The position numbers and the translations under genes were made by a program. Below, in pieces: positions 1 through 11,423 of a stretch of 64,000 nucleotides of DNA. The DNA comes from Octopus vulgaris (Eukaryota), in NCBI GenBank assembly GCA_951406725.2, contig OX597820.1:25482001-25546000 (forward strand), given 5' to 3'. A model generated the notes under the pieces. That model was not told where the DNA came from and ran no database searches. It saw only the letters and a list, made by a program, of their open reading frames with translations. Within the stretch, counting starts at the first letter, position 1; every line of letters starts with the position of its first letter.

Positions 1-1310
1 TCTCGTTTTCTGTGACCTTTTCTGGTGTGTGCCTATACCATCTTTTTTCTGTTGTTATTCCATAATGTTGGCATAGCTTCCAATGTATGTAGGTTCCAAC
101 TCTGTCATGTCTGTGAATATATTCCTTCTTAGCCAGGACTGGGCAGCTAGAGATAATATGATTTATTGTTTCTTGTCCATCTCCACATATTCTGCAGTTA
201 CTTGTAATATTTCTTTTCATTACATGTTTTTGGTAATTTCTGGTGGGGAGGCTTTGGTCTTGTGCTGCAATTAAAAATCCCTCTGTTTCTGCTTTGAGTC
301 CTGAGCTTCTCAACCATTGCTGGGATTTTTCTTTGTCTATTTCTTTTGCGTTTAGTTTAGTGCAGTATTTACCATGAAGGGCTTTTCTTGCCATCGTTTT
401 ATCATGGCTCGTTGCTGTTCTATTTTTAGTTTGGATTTCATTTGTTTTATAGCTTTTGTTGTTTCTTCATCATCTTCTTCTTCTTCTTTGTGTTTATTAG
501 GTGGTATGATTTCTTGTTTGTATTTGTCAGCTTCCTTAAATACTGAGAACAGTTTTTTGTTTTGCTCGTGTTTTGCTGCTATCTGGATCAGTTTTCCTTC
601 CTTCTGAAGTAGGTATTTTTGCAGTCCTATGGTGGTTATTTTATAGTAGTTTTCCAGCTGTATAAGGCCTCTACCACCTTCTATACGTTGTATATATAGT
701 CTTTCTATGTCAGATTTTGGGTGATGCATCCTAGATCCTGTCAGTATTTTTCTTGTTTTCCTATCTATTTTGGACAGTTCATTTCGTGTCCAGTTAAGGA
801 TATTGTAGCTGTAACTTATAACTGGGACAGCTAAAGTGTTGATACCTATTATCTTGTTTTTAGCATTGAGCTCTGTTTTTAGTATTGATCTAACTCGTCT
901 ATAATATTCTTTTTTTATTTTCTCTTTCATTTGTGTGTGTTGTGTCTTATCTAGTTCATGGATTCCTAAGTATTTGTAAGTTTGGCTTTGGTCTAATTCT
1001 TTTATTTCATTGGTTTTATCTAGTGTGATGTTGTTACTCTTAACTAGTTTTCCTCTTTTCATGGTTACTTTGGCGCATTTTTCTAATCCAAATTTCATAT
1101 CTATTTCTTTTGTAAATCCATGAACTGTCTTTAATAGTGTTTCCAGCTGTTTGTCATTTGCAGCGTATAGTTTTAGGTCATCCATATATAAAAGGTGGCT
1201 GATCGTTTTGCCGTAACATTTATATCCGCATCCAGTTCTATTTAGCATATCAGATAGAGGTGACAGTGCCAAGCAGAAAAGGAGTGGAGAGAGCGTGTCT
1301 CCCTGGAATA
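1..1310 (-). mobile_element. R4/Dong-clade non-LTR retrotransposon (RT, CCHC knuckle, start of RLE region); 5'-truncated, one frameshift, runs off the window
   Basis: The minus strand reads IFQGDTLSPLLFCLAL...ISHLLYMDDLKLY...FGLEKCA...YKYLGI...HHPKSDIERLYIQRIEGGRGL. After a 1-bp deletion near 378 it continues HGKY...ETEGFLIAAQDQSLPTRNY...CRICGDGQETINHIISSC...YIHRHD. The 5' junction abuts a (TAA)n tract, the known Dong target. Confidence 0.92.
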
Positions 1311-1336
1311 TTATTATTATTATTATTATTATTACT

Positions 1337-1550
1337 AAGGCAGCAAGCTGGCAGAGCCGTTAGCACCCCAGGCAAAATGCTTAGCGGTATTTTGCCTGCC
1401 GCTACATTCTGAGTTCAAATTCTGCCGAGGTCAACTTTGCCTTCCATCCTTTCAGGGTCAATAAATTAAGTACCAATGAAACACTGGGGTCGATGTAATT
1501 GACTAATCCCCTTCCCCAAATTTCAGGCCTTGTGCCTATAGTAGAAAGGA
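1337..1550 (+). mobile_element. tRNA-headed SINE, family A (representative; other copies near 2483, 3245, 3478, 11634-, 12375-, 17690, 20866, 32201-, 37320-, 57423, 57665, 60170, 60515)
   Basis: A-box-like TGGCAGAGCCGTTAG, B-box GAGTTCAAATTC, shared core GCCTT(T/C)CATCCTTTC(A/G)GGGTC(A/G)ATAAATTAAGTACCA and an (ATT)n tail. Many copies occur in the window. Confidence 0.88.
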
Positions 1551-1594
1551 TTATTATTGTTATTATTATTATTATGATTATTATCATTATTATT

Positions 1595-2139
1595 GAGTGA
1601 GGGAGCAGTGCATGCCATCAAAGTGACACTTGGGTAAAATGTACAAAGCCCAGTATACCCATCATGACTACCCGTCTGATAAGGGTACACCAGACACATG
1701 CATCACAACCAGATGTGTGTGACATGGTGATCTCATATCAAGATAAACAACTCATGACATTGCAGGTGAGCCCAGTTAGAATTTTCTTCTAGTTGAGTAG
1801 CCCATCCTGCTCAAGAGGTTCCTGAATAAGGGTTGTTTAAGGATGTTGAACAAAACTCCCATGTTTCCAAAGATGAATTATCCAAACCCCAAAGAATTCC
1901 TCTCATGGCTATGATGCACCCCCACTACTTCTACTCCTGATCAAAGGCACACTTATTCATCAGCCACCAAGAGACATGCTCAACTGGTTATGGTCAAACA
2001 ACTGACAAGCAAACCTGTGGTATTGAGCAGAATATTTGCTGTAGCCCATCTTTTACAACAAGACAAAACAATGTACATGATAACATTTCCAATCAGTTAA
2101 GATCAGAAGCCATGAGAGCCACTACCTGGTTCTGCATCA
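1595..2139 (-). mobile_element. (TAA)n-anchored interspersed repeat, copy 1 (probably the 3' end or a non-autonomous derivative of a TAA-targeting retroelement)
   Basis: Starts directly after a TTA tract with GAGTGAG(G/A)GAGCAGT and is highly similar to 2178..2411. The two copies share the left end and differ at the right, which suggests the left end is the element's 3' end. Confidence 0.6.
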
Positions 2140-2177
2140 TCATCATCATCATCATCATTATTATTATTATTATTATT

Positions 2178-2410
2178 GAGTGAGAGAGCAGTTCATGCCA
2201 TCAAAGTGACACTGGGGTAAAATATACGAAGCCCAATATACCCATCATGACTACCCGTCTGATATGGGTACACCAGGCACATGCATCACAACCATATGTG
2301 CGCGACATGGTGATCTCATATCAAGATAAACAGCACATGACCTTGCAGGTGGGGCCCAGTTAGAAATTTCTTCAGGTTGAGTAGCCCATCCTGCTCAAAA
2401 GGTCCCTGAA

Positions 2411-2411
<1 letters not shown>
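2178..2411 (-). mobile_element. (TAA)n-anchored interspersed repeat, copy 2 (shorter)
   Basis: Near-identical to 1595..1828 and flanked on both sides by TTA repeats. Confidence 0.6.
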
Positions 2412-2458
<47 letters not shown>

Positions 2459-2710
2459 GATTATTATCGTTATTATTATTATTAAGGCAACAAGCTGATA
2501 GAATCGTTAGTACACAGGGTAAAATGCTTATCAGTGTTTCATCTGTGTTTACATTCTGAGTTCAAATTCCACCATGGTCAACTTTGCCTTTCATCCTTTT
2601 GGGGTCATTAAATCAAGTGTCAGTGAAACACGAGTCGATGTAATCAACTAGTCCCCTCCCCACAAATTTCAGGCCTTGTTCCTTTAGTAGAAAGGATGAT
2701 TATTGGTCTT

Positions 2711-3125
2711 GTTAAATTGCTCAGAGTCTGGTTTTGTCCAGACCTCCAGATGGAGAAAAACTGGGTCTAGGTGACAAGCAGGGTAGCCAATCTCACTCAG
2801 AAATAGGTCGAGAGGAAGCTGTCCCTGAAAGCTCAAGCGGAGGTGGCGAATGCGTACATCGCATCCGTCATCTATTACCGCTTGACCATCGTCCCTTGCT
2901 CCGTTTGCTGGTTGACCAAACTGGTGTGCTTACTCTTCCGCTTTCTGTGGAAGGGACGCATTCCACTGGTCAGCTGTCAACAGCCACTGAATGAAGGGCT
3001 GGGCATGCTGTGGTTACTGATGCACAGACATGTGATCAGGCTACAGCATCTCCAGCACTTCCTTGACGGTGAGCAGGTGTGGTCACCATTTGTCAGGCTC
3101 ACTTTTCAAGTTGAATGGAGAGCAG
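2711..3125 (+). mobile_element. L1/Tx1-clade LINE fragment (RT thumb region) with in-frame stops
   Basis: One frame reads VKLLRVWFCPDLQMEKNWV*VTSRVANLTQK*VERKLSLKAQAEVANAYIASVIYYRLTIVPC...LFRFLWKG...EGLGM. This fits the L1/Tx1 pattern LG..., W..R.LS..GR..V.N, F.FLW.G, GGLG.P. Confidence 0.8.
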
Positions 3126-6100
3126 TTAAGTTTATTTCAGATATTTTCATTTTAAAAATCATCTCTGGCTAATCGTTCAGAGGACATTGGTATTTCCTTG
3201 GTGGAGGTTTGTGCTCTCTGAGTGCTCTTGTTGTTACTATTGCTAAGGCAGTAAATTGGCAGACTCGTTAACACACCGGGCAACAAAATACTTAGCAGCA
3301 TTCTATCCATCTTTTATGTTCTGAGTTCAAATTCCACCAAAGTCAACTTTACCTTTCATCCTTTCAGAGTTAATAAAATAAGTACCAGTTGAACACTGGG
3401 TTCAGCGTAACAGATTAACCCCTCCCCCAAAATTGCTAACCTTGTGCCAAAATTTGAAATCCTTATTATTATTATTAAAGTGATGTGGTGGGAGAATCTT
3501 TAGCAAACCGGGCAAAATGCTTAGCTGCATCGCGTCCACCTTCATGTTCCAGGTTCAAATGCTTCTAAGGTCAACTTTGCCTTTCATCCTTTCAGGGTCA
3601 ATAAAATAAGTAGCTGTTGAGCATTGGAGCCGATGCAATCGACTTGCCCCCATCCCAATCCCCACTCCACACACACACTTGAAATTGCTGGCTTTGTGCC
3701 AAAATTTGAAGTCATTATTATTGTTGTTGTTGTTGTTGTTACTACTGCTACTGTTGTTGTCGTTGTTGTTATAGTAGACATTGCACAGTATACAATATCG
3801 TGAGGCTGTTGATTGAAGAAATTGTGTCTACGGTGGGGTTTGTACTGTTTGTCAGGTCACAACAAGGACCTCAGACAGACAGTACTTTAAGTATTATTAT
3901 TATTGTTGTTGTTGTTGTTATCATCATGGTCATCACTACCACCAACCCATCCACACAAACTACCAAATATTGTCTTTAATAAATACCCACCATTACCACT
4001 GCCACCACCATTCAGCCCTACTATGCCTCTCACCTGCTACAGTCTGTGAAGGAACAACAACAGCTACAACAAAAATGAAGAAAATAAAAATGTAAATATC
4101 AAAAAGATGGGGAAAAAAAGACACCTATACCCCCCACCACCATTAAACACACACACGCACACACTCAAACAAACAATAAATATGACAAAAACAACCAAAT
4201 TAAAACAAACTACTTGCCCTCTTCCACCACCGATTGACCTCAGCCCACACCTCCACCACCAATGAAAAATGTACTAAAATAAAATATTAATAAAAATTAT
4301 CTAAAAAAAAAAACAAGTAAAAGAAGCAAGGATTGTTATGCAATTTAGCTTTGGTTATTGTATATTTTGTAGTTTAGTTTTAAAATGATTGTGTTATTTA
4401 TTATGTAATGTTTGGTTGGTTTGTTTATTATGTTTTGTTAAACTAGCTTGCTGTTATCTGTCTGTTGCGACTCGCTTATCTTGTCTAACAGAGGCAGTCC
4501 TCCCACCCCACTCGTGCACACTTAAACCACCTGTTCTTACCTAATGCTGACATCTTCCCTGCACCCCCGCTCCTAACTACACACACTGACTCTCTCTCTC
4601 TTTCCCTCCCTCTTTCTCTCTCACTCTATCTCTTGCATACACTAACACTTATATACACACATGCTCACACACACTCGCTCTGTTTTATTTTTAGAATGAC
4701 GATGATTAAGTAAAGAAAACAACACCTTTGTTTCTTCTTTCTTCGTCTTGCACCACCCAACAAATACAGACACATTACACACACACACGCTCATGCATAC
4801 ACACATACATACACAAACATACATATATATACATACATAACATGCACACACACATAACTATAGCTTGCACACACATATAACATGATTGCAAAACCAACAT
4901 TTTACCCCTTGATCATGCCCATTTAGATCAGCATCATCATCATCGTTTTAACGTCCACTTTTCCATGCTCGCATGGGTCGGAAGGAATTTCTTGAGGCAG
5001 ATTGTCTCTGACTTGATGACCTTCCTGTCACCAATCCTCACCTGATTTCAAGCAAGGTAACATTTCCCCATGGCTAGAGATGTCTTCACAGCAGATTGGG
5101 AATGAAGGACACCACTTATTTGATGAGTGGAAGCATGTGGATTAGTGGTTAGGGTGTTGAGCTCATGATCGTAAGATTGTGGTTTCAATTCCTGGACCGG
5201 GCAACACATTGTGTTCTTGAGCAAAACACTTCGTTTCACATTGCTTCAGTCCACTCAGCTGGTGAAAATGAGTAACACTGCAATGGACTAGAGTCCCATC
5301 CAGGTGGGGAATACATACGCCATGAAACTGGGAATCCGGCCTCTATGTTTCGGTATTAACAACATCTCCTCTTCTCTTCATTCAGTCTCCTATGTTCAGT
5401 TTCAAAGCACTCTACTTCCAGCTTCTCACACGAACCTGCTGCTGCTGCTGCTGATGATGATGATGAAATCAATGATAAAGGCTTTAATTGACCTGAAGCT
5501 GTAGTAATTTTGAAAATTAAAAAGAAAAATACATTTAACAAATACCATGTTGTGTGATTGAACCTAGGACCTCCCAATTGCAAAGCAAACTTCTTAACAA
5601 CCCAGCCATGCCTGAGAGCGTGCATGCACACACATGCACACATATGCACATGTGCACACCATATCTTCGTTTGTGGTAAAGTCATAACTCTGATTATTAT
5701 TGATGATGGAAATCAAACATTTGGATGGTGGGCCAAATAAGGAGAGGAGAATATGTAATGAATAACGGTTGTAGTGGCTAGATGGAGGAGATGATAATAA
5801 TGAAGATGATAACAATGATGATGATGATAGCATTTATGATAATGATGATGATAATAGTAGTAACAATGTTGATGATGATTCCAGTAATGATTATGAGGAT
5901 GATGATAAGGAGGAAGAGGAGGAGGATAACAACTGGGGACAGGCAGGGTGGAGGGAGCCAGTTGATGATGTCCAATAACAATGGATATGGCAGTAGTGGA
6001 AGTGGGTGCGAAGGGGTTTGGGTACAGCGATTGAAGTTGATAGAGATAGTCAAAGGAGGTGATGGTGGCAGTGGCAGTGGAAGTGATGGTGGTGGTGGTG

Positions 6101-6722
6101 GTGATGGTGGTGGGGGGAAAGAGCCCTTTGAACAGGGCAGACCCTCTAGCAGTCACTGAAGAAGATCATTGCCGACTGAGGGGAAAAAATAAAAAAGCTC
6201 AAAAAAATGAAAGGAAAAAACAAAAAAATAAATAGAATAGCAGCGTCTGTAGCGAGGGTTTGGAAGAGGCTGGGACTATTCACTTGCTTTAATCGATACA
6301 GTTCAAAGGGGGATTGGAGGATTGGGAAATATGATGACGATTGTAATTAGGATTGTGATCATGTAATGTTAATGAACAAGAAGAAGAAGGAGCTTTGAGA
6401 TTTTATATTTGCTGGAATCCATCATGACATCATGTCGAATTCCTACTTTACATGTCTAATCTCATTGCTGCGCTGTACTGAGGAATACCTTGATGTTGAT
6501 GATTGTTGTTGTTGTTAACCTTATTTTTAAGCCTTTAGCATTTAACCCGGGCCATATTAGACCCAAATATTCTACTTGTTTTATGTTAAAACTAACCAGA
6601 TCAGACCTCTCACACCTGTCATACAATGTCATTCTAAAAATATACAAACACACCAACTGAAATCTCGAAGCTACAAAATAATGTGTTATTAATTCAAAAC
6701 AATGTGAATAAAGAAGCAATAT

Positions 6723-6880
6723 ACAAGGGTGAGTCAAAAAGTAATGCCATTTTGTTTAGGACAGGTATAATTACCAACACAGGTACAGGTATCATACACC
6801 AAAACGAAGCTGGTCCTCTGTGGATCCCATCCTTCTCAACATAGTCACCGTTTCTCTCAATAGCAATGTTCCACCTGGTG
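6723..6880. mobile_element. mariner-like terminal fragment
   Basis: TA+CAAGGGTGAGTCAAAAAGTAATGCCA resembles mariner TIRs. No partner TIR was found. A similar orphan end lies near 7435. Confidence 0.45.
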
Positions 6881-7750
6881 GTTGTGGTGGTGGTGGTGGC
6901 AGTGACAAAAACCTCAAATTTTCTCTGACCTGTGCAAGTGTAAGTGGAGAAGGAGGAGGATGTTGTTGTAGTAGTAGTAGTAGTAGTAGTAGTTTTAAGC
7001 TTTATATTTGATAAATTTACACATGACAATTTATTATAGCAAACAACTTTAAGCCACCTTTTTCAATCCAGTATATCTGTCACCTATGGACTATCTTAAG
7101 GGGTCAAAAAACAAGTACAGCTCCCATGATTTTCAGAAACATATTTTTCATACTCAGAATTGTTGAAGCACAGAATAAAATCTTGCATTGGTTGATAGCA
7201 GCCAGGATGCTGTATCCTTAAAAATTCCATATTTCTCAAAATTCTGACCTACTTATACACCCTTTCTTTTTTATGGCCCTTTTTCACTCACTTTTCTGGG
7301 GTTTTTTTTTTTTTATTTTGTATTCCACCCTGCATACTATGCATCTATTTTTGACTGTTTTTGCTGTCTTTCTTTACTTCAATAAGTGCTGCCCTCTGTC
7401 CCCTTTCTTACTCTTTTTATGAATTAGGGTACCTGAGGGTCAACTAGAAAGTTCCTAGGTTGATCAAGACACCCTCATGGAGTGTGACTGAATGAGGTCT
7501 ATTTTTCAATCTACCCCCCCACCACCACCACCCTTGCAATCCACACATTTCTTCCATCAATATTGTAGTACTTGGATCCCATACAATCACCAAAATCAAC
7601 TATGCGTTTCATTCTTTCAAGATTGGTAAAATAAGTACCAGTTAATCCCTGGGGTCGATGTAACCAACTTAACCCCTTCCCCCTAAAAATTGCTGGCCTT
7701 GTGCCAAAATTTGAAACAATTTTTAATGCTATGGATATTTTGTTTTTCAG

Positions 7751-7884
7751 GTTACTCTGAGTTGATGCGATTGCTCATTTACTCTGGTTTTTGTCCACGC
7801 CGCAAAGATAACTATGGCCAAACACCACTTCATTTGGCCTGTATTAGTGGAAACCTTACAGCCGTTAAGGAGTTATGTGAACAG
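7751..7884 (+). CDS. Patsas: Internal coding exon with an ankyrin repeat, probably from a Patsas-like ankyrin-DHHC palmitoyltransferase (S-acyltransferase)
   Basis: Acceptor TTTTGTTTTTCAG|, donor CAG|GTATGA, 134 bp, phase 1 to phase 0. It encodes (G)YSELMRLLIYSGFCPRRKDNYGQTPLHLACISGNLTAVKELCEQ, with the ankyrin D..G.TPLHLA...G motif. LMRLL.YSG...DN.G.TPLHLAC.SGN...V..LCE recalls insect Patsas from memory. The exon call is strong; the gene identity is moderate. Confidence 0.8.
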
Positions 7885-8050
7885 GTATGACAATTCTTAA
7901 TTTTTTTCTCTTTTTCCTTATTCTTTTTCTTTTTCTTTCTGTTTAAGACTAGAGTATAAATATGAGGAAGATTTGACTGCTATTTCCAGCAACCATGTTG
8001 GGGCACACTGTTAGGTACTGTAGTATAATGTTGCTGTTTAATCCCAGGTC

Positions 8051-8276
8051 CTTTAGTGTAACTAGAGTACATGCTGCCTGTGAGGCAGTCCTTGAGTTTG
8101 TGTCCTCTCCCCGTCAGGCCCCCCTCCCTGTCAGGTCCACTACTCATCAGGCTCCTTCCCCATCATGCTCCCTCCCCATTGTGTTCTCAAGCCTATGCAG
8201 CTTATACAATATGCCCAAAAGTGCCCCCCGCCCACCTAAAAGGATGGACCCCCCTCCAACTCCAGCTAGGCTACTG
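8051..8276. mobile_element. hAT-type MITE (CAGTAGCGTAGCT-like TIR)
   Basis: Degenerate TIRs CTTTAGTGTAACT / AGCTAGGCTACTG and 8-bp TSD CCCAGGTC/CCCAGGAC. Relatives lie at 15222 and about 55770. Confidence 0.7.
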
Positions 8277-8360
8277 CCCAGGACAGCCCCGATCCAGCAG
8301 GACTATGTTTATAGGTATGCCCCATTATGAACAACCCATCTTTGTATAGTAAAGTAAAGA

Positions 8361-8594
8361 AAGGCGGCGAGCTGGTAGAAACGTTAGCACGCCGGGCGAA
8401 ATGCTTCGTGGTGTTTCATCTGCTGCTGTGTGCTGAGTTCAAATTCCACCAAGGTCGACTTTGCCTTTCGTCCTTTCGGGGTCAATGAATTAAGTACCAG
8501 TTATGTACTGGGGTCAACATATTCAACTTAATCCGTTTGTCCTTGTTTGTCCCCTCTGTGTTTAGCCCCTTGTGGGCAATAAAGAAATAAGAAA
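8361..8594 (+). mobile_element. SINE family A, variant 3' tail
   Basis: The head GGCGGCGAGCTGGTAGAAACGTTAGCACGCCGGGCGAAATG and the core match family A. The tail TTTGTCCCCTCTGTGTTTAGCCCCTTGTGGG...AAAGAAAT also occurs on the minus strand at 32373 and 37318. Confidence 0.85.
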
Positions 8595-8612
8595 CCCATT
8601 CTGTATCTATAG

Positions 8613-8848
8613 CAGTGGTTCTCATCCAGGGTCCATATCGCCCTTGGGGCTCCATATAAGATTTTGTTGCTAAAATTTATCTGCAATAAATTTGTTATAC
8701 AATTCACAAAATATTTTAACAATTCCTAATATTTAATTATAAAAATATATTGTGACTTTTTTAAAACATTGAATGTTTATTAGGGTCCAGAGAGTAAAAT
8801 AGGAATGAAAAGGGTCCATTGACAAAAAAAAAATGGTTGGAAACATTG
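8613..8848. mobile_element. hAT (Charlie-like) MITE
   Basis: Ends CAGTGGTTCTCA...GGTTGGAAACATTG with flanks ATCTATAG/ATCTAGAC (NTCTAGAN-type target). Related to 37706..38209 and 42860..43298. Confidence 0.75.
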
Positions 8849-8856
8849 ATCTAGAC

Positions 8857-9516
8857 CAGTGGCAGCTCGTAGATAAAATTAGTGGGGGTGCTCTTTAGAA
8901 AATTTTTAGCCATTGTTTTAATATTGTGCAAAAAGAAACTAACATATAAAAAGAATATTTATATATAAACTTGATCGGTTTACATTTTAGCCACTACCAA
9001 GTATTGGGTTTAATTTGTTCACTGAACACCGCTGTGAATTTACCCCTTATTTTTCAAAAATCACCCCTAAATCACAAAATAAGGGGGTAAAAATTTGCCT
9101 TATTTTTCAAATCCTAGCAGTAACACTGAAGCTGGAAGCAGGATAATAATTTAATTCTACACTTTATCCTGTTAAAGAATATAAACATGTTTTTAAGTAC
9201 AATGCATGCAGAGTCAAAAAGGAACACTACCTTTCACCAGCACACCAGGATCAGCACTGCATGAACCACAGTGCTCTCTCTCCCTAGCATGCAGCTTCCT
9301 ATCTTAGACACATGAGCATGCACACAACCGCCAAACACCATGTCGCTGGAACTGTGAAGTGCACAGTTCTATTAAGCTTAAGGATTATATAATATACAAT
9401 TAATGACAAAAGTATTAAAGAAAAAGGACTCATTATATTGAATGTTTATGATAATATTGAGAGGAAATAGGCAGGGAGACTGTAGTTCCACAGTGCCTGT
9501 ACATGAGCCACCACTG
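8857..9516. mobile_element. Non-autonomous hAT element
   Basis: TIRs CAGTGGCAGCTCGT / ATGAGCCACCACTG and a perfect 8-bp TSD ATCTAGAC (8849..8856, 9517..9524). Confidence 0.85.
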
Positions 9517-9575
9517 ATCTAGACCTAAATACATTATCCTATGTCTCCTGCTTTTAAGACAGTAGTAGGGTGTGA

Positions 9576-9885
9576 AGGCACATGGCTCAGTAGTAGAGCA
9601 TCAGGCTTGCAATCATGATATTGTGAGTTCGATTCCCAGACCAGGCTGTGTTGTGTTCTTGAGCAAGACACTTTATTTCATGTTGCTCCAGTTCACTCAG
9701 GTGCAGAAATGAGTTGCAGCTGGACTTTGCCTTTCCCTTGGACAGCATCGGTGGTGTGGAGAGGGGAAGCCAGTATGCATGGGCAACTGCTGGTCTTCCA
9801 CAAAACAACCTTGCCCACGCTTGTGCCTCAGAGGGGAACTTTCTATATGCAATCCCATGGTCATTCATGACCGAAGGGGGTCTTT
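9576..9885 (+). mobile_element. tRNA-headed SINE, family C (related heads or copies near 5128, 13160, 15665, 36985-, 37896, 38915)
   Basis: A box TGGCTCAGTAGTAGAGC, B box GAGTTCGATTCC, CORE-like GTGTTCTTGAGCAAGACACTT and TSD TAGGGTGTGA/TAGGGTATGA. Confidence 0.85.
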
Positions 9886-10643
9886 TAGGGTATGATGTGA
9901 AGGAGATTCGACTATTTCTGGCTGGGTTGAGCAACTACTTATAGGTTGGTTCCCTTGTTGGCTCATGCTGCTGTTGCATGTTGAGTGTGACATTGGTATA
10001 ATGTAACTTATTCTCCATGAACATGAACCCTACATGTGTAACTTCCAGGCCTTACTTTAATTTAAACTATTTTGGCATGTCTTCTGTTTGTTAAGACTAC
10101 TTAGCTGTCAATTACTACAGCAAAGCTGTGGCATAAGCAGCCGCCTTAACAGGGATGATGATGATGATAAGGATGGTGCTGGTGGCGGGGCTGGTGTTAT
10201 TGTTCTTGGTGGGGTGGTGGTGGCTTTTGTTGTTCACATGTGTAGTTCCTTATTGTTTTTGTTATTGTAGTAGTGGTGATAGTGGAGTGAAGGTGGGGGG
10301 GCAGGTGTTTTCTTATTCTGTCTATGCTATCTAATTGACTTTGCTTGTCTGACAACTACCTGAAGATTTCAAGCTGTTTATCTGTCTGTTTGTCTGTCTG
10401 ACTATTTGTTTAATGTTGTTCTCTGTCTGTCTGTCTGATTGGTTGCCTAACTGATTGGCTGTCTGTCTGTATTTATGCATACCAACAAATAAATACATGT
10501 GCGTAGTAGTAGTAGTAGTGGTGGTGGTAGTGGTGGTAGTGGTAGTAGTAGTAGTAGTAGTGGTAGTGGTAGTAGTAGTAGTAGTAGTAGTAGTTGTATA
10601 GTAGTAGAAATAGAAAAACTTTGGTACAGTATTATATATTTGT

Positions 10644-10757
10644 AAAATTGAATAGAAATGGATTTTCTGATAAGTTTTCCACTTTAATAATTAGATGTTT
10701 ATAAGTCTAATTATTAAAGTGGAAAAATTATCAGAAAAGCAGTTTTTATTCAATTTT
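10644..10757. repeat. Long AT-rich palindrome (52-bp arms, 10-nt loop)
   Basis: 10644..10695 matches the reverse complement of 10706..10757 at 47 of 52 positions. It is flanked by TATA tracts. Confidence 0.9.
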
Positions 10758-10816
10758 TAAAAAAAATATATATATACAGAGAGAGAGACCAAAGTGTATG
10801 TACACCGCTGTATTTT

Positions 10817-11386
10817 TATATATAAAACATACAAAAATGGGACAAAAACGCAAAACATCCAGACAGACGATACAAAGAAAACAAGGACGGGTCATTCAGA
10901 GTTTTCTTTCATCAGTCAAGTTCCAGATTATCTTTGCAATTTTGGCTGGTTATACTCGAGATTGCTCCAATCTGGCTAACCCCAAGGAAAAACTAAGCTA
11001 AGAGCGCTAGATTCCTTGGAAGAAACCAGCAAATGTATACAAAAACAAGGACAGGAAAAAAAGGGAGAAATGGTACATAAATACAAATAACAGGACATTC
11101 ACAACGGGTGTCTTTCGACTAAGGACAAATTAAATTAAGCTGGCATGTGTGGAAGTAAAGCCTTATGGCAGGGACATAGGATTAGACAGGCACAGGGAGG
11201 AATATAAATGATGCACAGATGGTAGTCAAACCAAGAAAGAAAGGTCAGGCTTGGCTAAACACCGGTCATGTGGGGAGAGAAGAGAAAGAAGTAGAGGCAG
11301 AGGGATATCGTCTGTCTGGATGTTTTGTTGTCCCTTTTTTGTATCACCTAACTGTCTGGATGTTTTGCTTTTTTGTCCCATTTTTG

Positions 11387-11400
<14 letters not shown>
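10817..11400. mobile_element. Element with inverted termini in (TA)n; probably a Penelope-like remnant or a MITE
   Basis: ATACAAAAATGGGACAAAAACGCAAAACATCCAGACAGACGATA (10829..10872) recurs inverted twice, at 11306..11345 and 11352..11389. CTGATGA lies on the minus strand at 10909..10915. Confidence 0.6.

Positions 11401-11423
<23 letters not shown>

Noticed and set aside
7690-7750. ORF-track N-terminal extension MLALCQNLKQF... of the ankyrin exon
   Set aside because: It derives from a SINE tail and the polypyrimidine tract; the exon begins at the AG acceptor (7751).
9576-9650. tRNA-like sequences with A and B boxes (many sites)
   Set aside because: They run directly into SINE bodies and lack a complete cloverleaf acceptor stem, so they are SINE heads rather than tRNA genes.
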